DNA of 64,000 nt from Ruditapes philippinarum (taxonomy: Eukaryota): the NCBI RefSeq assembly GCF_026571515.1, contig NW_026852163.1, positions 310,001-374,000 on the forward strand, in the 5' to 3' direction. How positions within the stretch are numbered: the stretch's first letter is position 1; every line of letters begins with the position of its first letter. A program made the position numbers and the translations under genes. The notes beneath the pieces were generated by a model that saw only the letters and a program-made list of their open reading frames with translations, searched no databases and was not told where the DNA came from. Below are positions 1 to 11,800 of the stretch, piece by piece.

Positions 1-272
1 AGTCTGAAGCATTTCATATAAGAGAGAATCCCTAGTCTGAAGGGTTTTATGTAAGATAAAAATTCCTAGTCTGAAGGGTTTCATATAAGAGAGAATCCCT
101 AGTCTGAAAGGTGTCATGTAAGAAAAAAATCCCTTGTCTGAAGTTTTTCATGTAAGAGAAAATCCCTAGTTTGTAGAAGGGTTTCATGTAAGAGAAAATC
201 CCTGGTATGGAGGGTTTCATGAAAGAGAAAAATCCCTAGTCTGAAGTTTTTCATGTAAGAGAAAATCCCTAA
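1..272. repeat. Minisatellite, ~33-35 bp unit (agtctgaagggtttcatgtaagagaaaatccct), ~8 copies, truncated by the window edge
   Basis: Direct visual repetition. Confidence 0.9.
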
Positions 273-2456
273 TCAAGAAAAAGGATTCTTTAAAAGGGTT
301 TCAGGTTTAAAGATCTGTAGTTTAGATTAAAGGGATTTAATGTATAAAAGGATTGACCAAACTCATTCTAGACTTATTTTTGATGTCATCACTTCCATAA
401 AAATAAACAATAATTGAAAATTGTTTGTTTATTGATTATAATTATTTGTTGATTATTAATTTTGATAAAATCATATAATACCTTCATATTTAATATATTT
501 AGGGGTGGGGGGAGAAAACTTTTGATGAATAAGTTGCTTTCTTTTCACATACTTGTTTTTTGTGTTTTTTTTCTAAATTCATTAATTGTCTTTTGAACAT
601 ATAACACTGATTTTATAAAGGGTCTAAAACTGATTTTAAAAATTACAGGTAAAACAATTTCCGTTATGTAGCTACACTTAAGTGGGTGAAAGTCATACTG
701 GGTAAATGGTGGCAAATTTGTGTATTTTAGGATTTAAATTGAGACAAGATTGTGGGTAAAAAAAAAAGTGAAAAATATTTTAACTTTATGAAGAGTATTA
801 TTGATTCACCTTGGGTTTATAATATTTAAAAAAAGTTATTTAGGAACTTTTAAAGATGTATTTGAATTCAACTGACAGTGTAATTATTTGAAGAGATTAT
901 GTTTATATTCACAACATTATGAATTTTTACTAAAAGGGGATGTGAAATAGTGATTATTGATCAATTTTATTTTGGGAAATATAGAAATGAATATGTCTGA
1001 ACAAAAGGAAGGGTTAGGGAATTATGTAAGACTTTAAATGATTTTAGAAAGTAAATTTGAAGAAAAATTGATGATTTAATCAGAAATATGCTAGGCAGTT
1101 TTAGGTAAAAGAGGGGTCTCGAAAAGATCATTTGATTGATGATGCGAGGAGGACGTATATAATGGATTACAGAACAAGTACATTTTAAAAATTGAATTTA
1201 ATCTAAAAAGTAATAGACAAACCTTGTTTTGAAGTTGTCAGAATTCTGGTGAGAAACTTTGTTTTCATTGACCGCCAAGAATACGTACATGTGATTGGAA
1301 ATAAGCACATTCAATTAAAAGTAATCAGAATTCTGGTTGGAAACTTTGTTTTCATTGAAAATGGAATTAAAATTGTCAAGAATACATACATATGTGGATG
1401 GAAAAAGATAAGCACATTTGAATTCTGAATAGGAAATAAAGCAAATGTAAAGGAAGGATAACCATTTTGAAACAATGATTTTAAATTACAATACTCGATG
1501 GAATGAATTCTGAATAGGAAATTAAAAGAAATCTATAGAAAGGATGCCAGTTTTGGAAAAAATTATTTTACGTTACAATACTTGATCGTATTAGAAAGAT
1601 AATGCATTCATTTCAAATTGATTCAATATGAAACATTCGGTTGATTTCATATTGTTAACAGAATGAAAAAAAAAATGAACAAATATTTGAAAATAACATA
1701 ACAGCTTCTTTTAATGACAAGATTTAAAGTCAACAAGAAAGTTTAAAATGTATGTATATTAACACAGCTGGATTGAAGTTTTATGGTAAAAGAATTTTGG
1801 CTTTTAAATAGATAAAATCAATAATCAATCGTACGTATATTGAGAAGGTAGCTGTGTTATTTAAACTGATTATAAATAAAAACAACATCAACTTATTCAG
1901 GTAGCTTCAAGCTAAGCTATGTTGTTGTTGTTGTTTCTTTTGTTATTCAAATGAATGAATATATATAAATAAACATGTTTTGTGTGACTTGTTTGTAAAA
2001 AATACACCAAATTCAGAAGTAATTCAACAAAATAAAGTGATTTAATAACCTTGATATATTCAACAGAACAGAACAGATAATTATTCTGATATACTTTACA
2101 GTTGTGATGAATATAATAGGAAATGAATGTTTTCTTATGAAATTTTGTTACCTTAAGTCTTCAATCTTGTATAGTGAAAGTGGAAGTTTTGAATTTAAAG
2201 TGAAAATACATGGCTACTTTATCTGAAGGGAATATTTATATTAATATATGGAATTGATGACTAGTTACTACTAAGATAATATTGTGAACAATGTGGACTA
2301 CCTTTGCGAAGGTTCAGGTCAGAAGAATGTGTAAGTATGAGCATATTTAACATTCTAACGCTATTCTCATTATCCCCATATCAAACAGATGCAAAATATT
2401 CTTGCATTATAGTATAATAATGCACGAAGGGTTTATTGTTCAAATGCTTTCTAATT

Positions 2457-3443
2457 TTTAGCTCGACTTTTCTATGAAAAGGGGAGCTATCCTACTCGCC
2501 CCGGCGTCGGCGTCGGCGTCGGCGTCACACCTTGGTTAAGTTTTTCGTACCACCCCACTTTATTTCAGAAGTATTACAAGTATGGCTTTGAAACTTACCA
2601 TACTTGTTCACCATCATAACCTCCATCTACAGACAAGAGTACATAACTCTGTCAAGGTTTTTGACAGAATTATGGCCCTTTTTTGACTTAGAAAGTGTAT
2701 TGAGCTTGGTTAAGTTTTTTGTACCACCTCACTTTATTTCAAAACCATTGGAGGTATTGCTTTGAAACTGACCATACTTGTTTACCATCACGACCTTCAT
2801 CAACAGACAAGAGGACATAACTCTGTCAAGGTTTTTGACAGAATTATGCCCCTTTTTGACTTAGAAAATACATTGAATATGGGTAAAATCCACTTATTGC
2901 CTTAACCCTTTGAGATATTGCTTTGAAACTTTTAATGCTATTTCACATCATTACCCCCATCTGTACGCAAGAGAAGGTAACTCTGTCAAGGATTTGTTTT
3001 AAAAATTAAGGCCTTTTATCGACTTAGAATCTTGGTTAAGTTTTTAGTACCAGTCCACTTTTTGACTGAACTGTTTGAGATATTAATTTGAAAGTTGGAA
3101 TACTTGTTTACCATCATGGTCCCAAAACATGAGCAGGAGAAGGTAATTCTGTTAAGGATTTTATTTGAATTATGGCCCTTTTTGACTTAGAAACTCAGTT
3201 AAGATTTTCATTCTTGTCCACTTGTTGACTTAACCATTTGAGATATTACTTTGGAAGTTGGAGTTCTTATGTGCCATCATGAGACCTATCTGTAAGCAAG
3301 AGAAGATAACTCTGTGAAAATGTTTCTTGATTTGTACTTAGAAATTCCTAGTTAAAGTCTTGTGTGCCCTTAACTGTCAAAGTTTTGTTTTATAGGCAAG
3401 CACTAAAAAAGTCGAGCGCGCTGTCCTTCTGACAGCTCTTGTT
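2457..3443 (+). mobile_element. Non-autonomous Helentron/HINE (DINE-1/pearl-like) element with an internal ~150-175 bp tandem array
   Basis: T-rich insertion site; sub-terminal IR agctcgacttt / aaagtcgagc; (ggcgtc)n microsatellite; ~5 internal units; 3' hairpin gctgtc-cttct-gacagc followed by tcttgtt. Confidence 0.85.
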
Positions 3444-3740
3444 TATATAGGTCTATCGGCCTTCGGTTAATCCTGCGCATTTGAACTCAAACCATGCATT
3501 ATTCTACAACATTTGTTTTTATTGAACTAATTGTATACATGTATGTCTTATACAATGAAATATGTAATAGGAGGAAATAATTAAGTTCGCTGATTTAATG
3601 CACATGTACACACAAACAAATTACGATTGTTAATTACCGTGTTTTCTTGAATAACATTACCAGCAGTGGTAATAAACTTTAAAGCAGCTCTCTCTCCTTC
3701 TGTAGGGTTAAAAAAAATAAGTGTATGTTTCAAGCCTTAA

Positions 3741-4091
3741 AGTAGCACGCCTACAGATTCATATTAATTTTTGATGAAATTTTTGCAAATGTTATGAAAA
3801 GTTAAATATTATGAGGTCACAGACAAATAAAGAAATTTTCAAATTGCAATCAGCACTTACAATCCACGAATATTAACAAAAAATGGTCAAGATATGCAAA
3901 AATAGCCCTTACTGCTTTAGAAACACAGTAGAAATATGGTGATAAATACTGCAAAATCAGTCTTCAACTGCACATAACATGCAAAATATAACTTGGATCT
4001 TGTATGTTTTTATCGTTCTTAAAAGGGTAAGTGCATTTTTCTCAATATTGATTTTCTTGAAATATTTTGGCTCATCTGGAGGCATGCAGCT
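3741..4091 (+). mobile_element. TTAA-flanked non-autonomous DNA transposon (Kolobok-like), copy 1
   Basis: ttaa|agtagcacgcctacagat ... atctggaggcatgcagct|ttaa; RR..YY termini with TTAA TSD. Confidence 0.75.
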
Positions 4092-4409
4092 TTAAAGTGT
4101 CATTATGCACATCTAAGTTTGCAGGTAGGAAAAAAATAATTTTACATTTTGCAATAAATAAAGATTACATACAGGTATTATACTTCATAAAAAATAAACA
4201 ATAACCTGTATGACACACTGAAATTTCTATCAATATCCTTTAGAATTTATCATGTAATAATTTTTAGTGATAAAAAAGTTACTTTTAAATAGTTTTTTTT
4301 ATATTTTATATTTTAGACAATTCCAAAACAGTTTTCAGCATCAAGGTTTGGTTAATAACCATTTTAATACTAGTAGTCATTCTTTCAAAATATATAGCTG
4401 ATTCAGCTG

Positions 4410-4613
4410 AGTCACTTTAGTAGTGATTAGCCTTTACCACCAGTATAGAGCCAGGCCGGCCTGCGCATCCGTGTAGTCTGACCAGGCTTTATACTGTTGG
4501 TAGCTCAATTTTTGTACATAATTTCATATTGAAATCCCTTAAACTTAAAATGGACTGTTCCAAATTCAAAGCAGGGCAAATCCATTACAAAAATTCAGGA
4601 GGTTCAGAGTTAA
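4410..4613 (+). mobile_element. MITE family ending cagcaggttaagggttaa (also 12221-12647, 58497-58930, inverted 62272-62475)
   Basis: Shared gccttt(a/g)ccaccagtatagagc ... aatggactgt ... tccatt blocks. Confidence 0.6.
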
Positions 4614-5122
4614 AGGTATAATCATTTATGCGAACAAAGGAAAAAACTTGGTAAAGAAAACTTGTGGGTAAACTGACATGACATTAGTTAAAATTGTGCC
4701 ACAGGGAAATTTTAAAAGATTGTGTAGATAAATGTGAGACATTACTTGTATGTTAGTTTTTTTGTTGTTTGAATTTCAGTGAAGTAATGTTTATGTTCTA
4801 CATTTTAATTAGATTGATACAGGCAATTTGGGTCAATTAAACTGTGAAACAAAATTTAGACGGAGCCTGATTGGCACACATAGTCTGACTCACCTGTTAA
4901 TAAGCAGTGGAACTCTTATTTGGAAATCTTAATAAGTTTTGTGCCAGTACCTCTGATTAAAATGTCATGGTTTGTCCTTCTGCTTGGCTCAATAGGGAAA
5001 GCATCAGATTAGTAATCTAATGGTCGCTGTTTTGATCCTCGGGGCAGTGTAATTTCTCAGTGACAGTTGATTTTTTACATTGACTCTCTTATCGCTGATA
5101 AAGAAATCATGTGGATTTAGTA

Positions 5123-5336
5123 ACCGCCTCCATGGTTGAGGGGTTAGAGTCGATGACTTCTAATCCAGTTACCTCTCTGGCGTGGGTTCGATCCCCGGGA
5201 GATGCTTTGGTAGTTTAGCGCGGAGGAAGGTAGACTAGTACTGGTGTAACTCTCCAGGAACGATGGTTAGGAAACTACCCGCCTATATGACTGAAATACT
5301 GTTGGGAAAAGGCGTAAAATGAAACAAACAAACAAA
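5123..5336 (+). mobile_element. tRNA-derived SINE family A, nested in an older SINE (~4985-5410)
   Basis: A-box tggttgagggg, B-box ggttcgatcc, (caaa)n tail; near-identical to the 32750 copy. Confidence 0.85.
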
Positions 5337-5837
5337 ACTTGCAGAAAAATTGGTAATTACTGGAAAGCCTAGTGGGATAAGCAAGAGATATGACCAAAAA
5401 CATGTATTAAAATTGGCATTAAAATCAGAAAAACAAACTAACAAGTCATGTTTTGTAGAAATGATCTGCAAATTGGGAACTGAGCTTGAATGATTAAGCT
5501 GATGTTCAGAGGTTTTTATCAGAAATAGCATGAAACCATGATTGTGACTGTAGTATAAATGGTTCACATAAAAAGCTTATAACATAATTGAATTCAAACT
5601 AAAATATGTACATATGTAATACACATATATAATATATGTTAATCTTATTTTATCTTGTTAGACAATGCTAGTGTTTTTTTTTTGTCACTAATTTTATTTT
5701 TCCAGAATATTGCAGCTCTTTGTATGAGAACCTGAATGAAAGGTTTTAATGAACAAACTTGGTTGCCATTACTATTCTATTTTGAAAATAACCATGTAAA
5801 AATGTATAAATAAATTTTAACAACTTTTTCTACCTAG

Positions 5838-5897
5838 GGAGTGATGGCGATGAAGCAATTATGGAGGAACAAGAACATTTTGATGACATTACACAAG
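5838..5897 (+). CDS. Coding exon (xSDGDEAIMEEQEHFDDITQ), phase 1/1
   Basis: Acceptor ctttttctacctag; 60 nt open acidic frame; donor aag|gttcta is weak; phase fits the next exon. Confidence 0.6.
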
Positions 5898-8800
5898 GTT
5901 CTATAACATAAAGAAATCTTCAGCCACAGTTTTAACTATTCTTCCTTCTCACATCTTTTTTAGCTCACCTGTCACAAATATACAGGGTGAGCTTTTGTGA
6001 TCGCTTTTCGTCAGGCGTCCGTCCAGCGTCCATCCGTAAACTTTTACTTTAAATGACATCTCCTCATAAACCACCAAGCCAATTTCATCCAAACTTCACA
6101 GGAATGTTCCTTTGGTGGTCACCTTTAAAAATTGTTCAAAGAATTTAATTCCATGCAGAACTCTGGTTGCCATGGCAACCGAAAGAAAAAACTTTAAATA
6201 TCTTCTTTTAAAAAACCCAAAGAGCTAAAGCTTAGATATTTGGCATATAACATCTTCTAGTGAGTGTCTACCAAGTTTGTTCAAATAAATGCCCTGGGGT
6301 CAAAATTGGCCCCGCCCCAGGGGGTCATTGATTTTCCCTATATGCATATAGTAAAAACTTAAAAAATCTTCTTTTAAAGAACCCAAAGAGCTAGAGCAAA
6401 GATATTTAGCATGAAACATCTTCTCATGAGTGTCTACCAAGTTTGTTCAAATAAAAGCCCTGGGGTCAAAATTGGCCCTGCCCCAGGGGGTCATTGATTT
6501 TCCCTATATGCATATAGTAAAAACTTAAAAAATCTTCTCTTAAAGAACCCAAAGAGCTAGAGCTAAGATATTAAGCATGAAACATATTCTCATGAGTGTC
6601 TACCAAGTTTGTTCAAATAAAAGCCCTGGGGTCAAAATTGGCCCCGCCCCAAGGGGGTCATTGATTTTCCCTATATGTATATAGTAAAACTTAAAAAATC
6701 TTCTTTTAAAGAACCCAAAGAGCTAGAGCTAAGATATTTAGCATGAAACATCTTCTCATGAGTGTCTACCAAGTTTGTTCAAATAAAAGCCCTGGGGTCA
6801 AAATTGGCCCCGCCCCAGGGGGTCATTGATTTTCCCTATATGCATATAGTAAAAACTTAAAAAAATCTTCTTTTAAAGAACTCAAAGAGCTAGAGCTAAG
6901 ATATTTAGCATGAAACATGTTCTAATGGGTGTCTACCAAGTTTGTTCAAATAAAAGCCCTGGGGTCAATATTGGCCCCGCCCTGGGGTCATTGATTTTCC
7001 TTATATGTGTATAGCAAAAACTTAAAAATCTTCTTGAAAAAACCCAAATAGCTACTGTTTAGATATTAAGCATGAAACATCTTCTACTAAGTGTCTACAA
7101 AGTTTGTTCAAATAAAAGCCCTGGAGTCAAAACTGGCCCCGCCCCAGGGTTGTCATTGTTTTTAACTATATGTGTATATTAAAAACTTAAAAATCTTCTT
7201 TTAAAAAACCCAATGAGCTAGAGCTTAGATGTTAAGCATAAAACATTTTCTTATAGGTGTCTACCAAGTTTGTTCAAATAAAAGCCCTTGGGTTAAAATT
7301 AGCCCTGCCAGGGGGGGGGGGGAGGTCATTGTTTTTCATTATATATATATAGTAAAAACTTAACATCTAATGGGTGTCTTCCAATTTTTTTCAAATAAAA
7401 GCCCTTGGGTTTAAACTGGCCTAGCTCCGGGGGCCTATATACAGGTGAGCGACCTCAGGGCCATCATGGCCCTCTTGTTTTTTACCTAGTTTCCTCTCTC
7501 TCTTTATGGTATTGTTGCAAAAAGTTCTTTTGTTTGTTTTGTTAGAGAATTTGCTTAAGAGTTTGAAGCTTAAAAGTACAAAAACTTTTGTACAGATTAA
7601 ACATATATCAAATGATGAGATGACTGAGTGCTTAACATGTCAGACTAGAAATCTAAGGATTGCTGGCCGCTTGGGTTCAAACCCCATTAAGCAAGATCAT
7701 GTTTCCTTCAGCAAGAAACTTTACAATCATTGCTGAGTACTGGTTGGTACCAGGAATGGATTTGAGAAAGTGACTATAAGCTTATAGCTTCCTACACAAT
7801 TGAACTTTTAATAAATTTTTGTATAAACTAATATTTGTGTAGCCCTCCCCCACCCCATTCCCCACATCCAAAACCTTACCCAGTCACCTGTCACATGTTG
7901 AAAGTGTTACACCATCAATGTATATGTGTCTTTTTATTAATTTGTGTCGTGTTTATTATAATAATAACCATTTAATCATATTGTCTTTAGTCAAATTAAT
8001 TTTGAGATCTCTTATCGGTGCCCCATGTGGCAGAGGGGTTGCCTTTAATGACTGAGCCATAAGAATTGCACCCACTAATTTATCCCTGTGTGATGGTAAG
8101 AAAGGACTAAATGGGTTAAAATTACTGGAATCTATGGATGTCTTTAAGCTCCAGCAGGTGAGTTGGTTTTGATCCCTGGTGTTGTTTTGAAGTTTGTAAC
8201 ACCAGAGGTTAGCCAAAATCATTTTTCATGTTTTGGAACCATATGACCTGTACTGTGTTGGTGCGCTGAAAAACCAAAGAAACATATAGCTTAAATTTTA
8301 AAAGAAGCCTGTCTGTAACCTTTGGAGCCATATTAAAATCTGCTTGGCTTAAAATGTGGAACACACATCAATAACCTTTTAGAGTGACCTTTCTATGGTA
8401 AACTCTGTAAAAACCTGAATTTTGTGCTTTCCATAGCGGAAAGCGAAGTAATTCAAGTTTTGTGCATTGCTGCTTCATGCCAAGAGATTTAGCCTATCTG
8501 TATACTGAGCGCTAAGTTCTGTCTGTACTTTTGATACCTTTGAATGAGCTGCGCCATGACAAAACCAACGTAATGCGTTTGCGACCAGCATGGATCCAGA
8601 CTAGCCTGCGCAGTCTGATCAGGATCCATGCTGTTCGCTTACAAACCGTATAACAAGTAGATAAACTGATAGCGAATAGCATGGATCCTGATTAGACTGC
8701 GTGGATGTGCAGCTGGTCTGGATCCATGCTGGTGGCAAACCCATTATGTTGGTTTTGTCGTGACGCGGCTCAAATATCTTTCAATTTTCAGCTTGATTTC

Positions 8801-11800
8801 ATCAGAAAATATTTTAAGATTTCCATCCAATACATCTTAACTAACTTCAACTTTTATTTTGCACGTTTATGCTTATCACATAATTTATGTGTGACTGTCT
8901 TTAACATTATGATTTTGTTGAACATCTAGATTGGTATTGTATTATGTTTTGTTTAAACTTCTTCAAAGGTAGTTTCAGTAGGGTTAGAGTGTTTAGTATG
9001 GTGGCCGATTGCGGCCATTTTAAACCTGCGAGAAATTTTATCGTTTATCATAAAATGTCACGGGCAACTTTCAAAACCGCAAGATTTTCTGCCGAAATTG
9101 TACAAAATGTCAAGGAAAATGTATAAATCTTGATATTTCGTAAAACAGTTGTTTGAAACAGCAAGAAACATTTTGACTCTAGTGCAATTTATTGATTTAA
9201 AAGTTTCCCGCAACATTTTATGAACGGACGGAAAAATATCTTGTAGCTTTAAAATGGACGCTACCGATCACCATAGTTTAAAGGGTGAGGATATTAGGGC
9301 GCGGATGAATATGTCAGCCATTGGTGAATTAGCATGTGAATTTGTTTTATTTACTTTTTTAACTAGATATCATTAGGATATTGCATGTTACTGTATAAGT
9401 ACTTTTTCACTTCTGGAAGTTTATTTCTGCTAAAGAGACCACAGATTTTAAAATACGCACAACTTTAAGCTGTTTTGTTAGTATTTGTCTGCAAAATTAA
9501 AAAACGCAGATGTTTTAGTCATTATGTCTGAATTTGTCTGCAGTAAGTTATTCCACAATACATTGCCATAATTGAATTATTGGCTTAGTTATTCAAATTG
9601 TACTTTCAAATTGACTGACACCACAAAAATAAGAATAAGCAAAAATTTAAGATTTGGCAGATTATTAAATCCGCAGAAAAAAGGTACTTATATGATATAA
9701 AATTAAATGTATAAATTATTGTCTGACATTAGTGTGTTAGTATGTTGAAGGGATAGATCTATGTAGTTTTGTTTAATGGTAAAAGTTGATCAACGCTGTT
9801 CACAGGTTTTTTGTTTCATACTGTACAGGATTTACCAGATTGTTTAATTCCATGAAACCTATTTCAAAGCTTGGTTGTTCTACCTTATCCAGATTAGAGG
9901 TGTTACCTGGTCATCTGGCATAGAAGCTTTATCATATGGTTTTATAACTTTCATATTGGCATCTTAGAACTTATGACCGCAGAAAATATAATTTCAGACA
10001 TATTAATGTAAATAGGACTTTGAATTTTAGAAAATATTTTTAAAAAATTGGTTATGAGAAGCTTACCTACAATGTAATATTACATTATACATGCAATTTG
10101 AACTGGAACCTACAAATGTTTGATGGCTGAAAAGCTTATAAGGGCAATAAGTAAATGTTTATTTTTGCTTATATTCTCTTATATGAAAGCTTTATTTCAG
10201 TGCTTTTTTTTGGGTTTTTTTTAAAGCATTTCAATGAATAAATTAATAAACAAGTAATATGATCTGTCATTGAAGAGGTTATAACTTATTTCTATTATAA
10301 TCAAGTAAATGTTGATTGTTTTAGAGCTTTTTAAGAAGACACATCTTGGTATAAGTTACACCAACATCAGTATGTAAAATAATTGATAATCTTTAATGCT
10401 CATTCATTGGGTAAAAAACAACGAAATAGTAGCAATAAGCAAACCTTTAGGTCCACAAAATTAAAATTATTTGTTCTATGTAATTTAAATGTATTTGACT
10501 ATTTTTTTTCAATTTATTTATATGATTGTTATTTTCTAAAAAAAAATTATTGTCTTTTTGTTTCAGCTGACAATGAGAGTGACAGTGGCTATGATCCCTC
10601 CCTCTACAGTTCTTTCGGCCAATCAGGATCCCTGAGAGCAAAGACACGCCCCTCTCTCAAATCTGTCTTCCCAGAAATCAAGATTACTGATGAAGATTGT
10701 GAAGGTAAGTTTTTTTTCCATTTAAATATGTTTGACAGATTCTATAAAGTTGCATGCCTCCAGATGAGCCAAAATATTTTTAAAAAAAATCAAACTTGAG
10801 AAAAATGTACAAAGATTTTAAGAAAAGTAAAAAGATTCAAGATTTTCAAGTAATAATATGCATGTTATTTGCCTTAAATTTCTGATTCTAAAGTATTTAT
10901 CCCCATATATCTACAGCGTTACTAGGGCTATTTTGCATAAATATTTTAACCTCTGTGGTGATTTACATCAATTGTTTATAAGTGCTTTTTGCAATGTGTA
11001 AATTAATGTGACTATGTCTTTGGTCACTTCCCAATATTTTACTTTACTTAAAATACATTTTGAAAGAGTTCATGAAAATTAGCATGAATCTGGAGACATG
11101 CTGCTTTAAGACATTTACAAAAGATGTGTAAAAGATAAACAACGAAGGAATTGACAGTTGATTTGTTCCTGTTCATTTGTAAAAAAAGACTCCATTGTTT
11201 TAGCAAAAAGTGAACAATGTTAAAGTTTTTGAAGATCCTTTAAATACATCTCTTGAACTGTATCTGCCCAAGAACTTCAAACTGTCTTCGATCAGCAGTA
11301 GAATCCTTTATTTCAAGGGAAGCAACATAGTTTAAATGTCAATTATGCAGCGTCCTAGTTTCTTAATTCAATGTTATTTAAAAACTACATGGGAAATTTA
11401 AATTGATACTTATATACCACTGTATTAAAAGGGAGGCAACTGTTGCTGCCCTATTGTAACAATGTAAGAAAGACAACTTTTCCAAGCTTGCTATATTAAA
11501 TCGGCAGTAAAGTTGTGATAAATATTTCTTTATTGTTAAGTGTTGTTTAGGGGGGTCTCTAGGATATTTGAAACATATTTATAAAAGCAATTTTGTCCAA
11601 TGTTGACAATACACACAGGGAGCTGTGAAAATTCCCGCTGTTTTCTATTCAACGAGGAAAAAAGAAAACATTCCTATTGTGAAGTAGACCTGGGCGTTTT
11701 AAGATTACTTTTGTTGTCAAACATTGCTCTTGTTATAGATATTGAGTGGCCACCGGTCAAGTTTATTTTCACCTTTTTAAGATAATTTCCCGACATCAAT

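Noticed and set aside
1-272. 33-35 bp repeats as a CRISPR array (also 31823-32235 and 41957-42131)
   Set aside because: Head-to-tail units with no unique spacers, no cas genes, eukaryotic intron context.
5123-5200. tRNA genes at A/B-box sequences (5123, 32750, 47383, 54310, 7620)
   Set aside because: They continue into shared bodies with simple-repeat tails and TSDs, so they are SINE heads rather than tRNAs.
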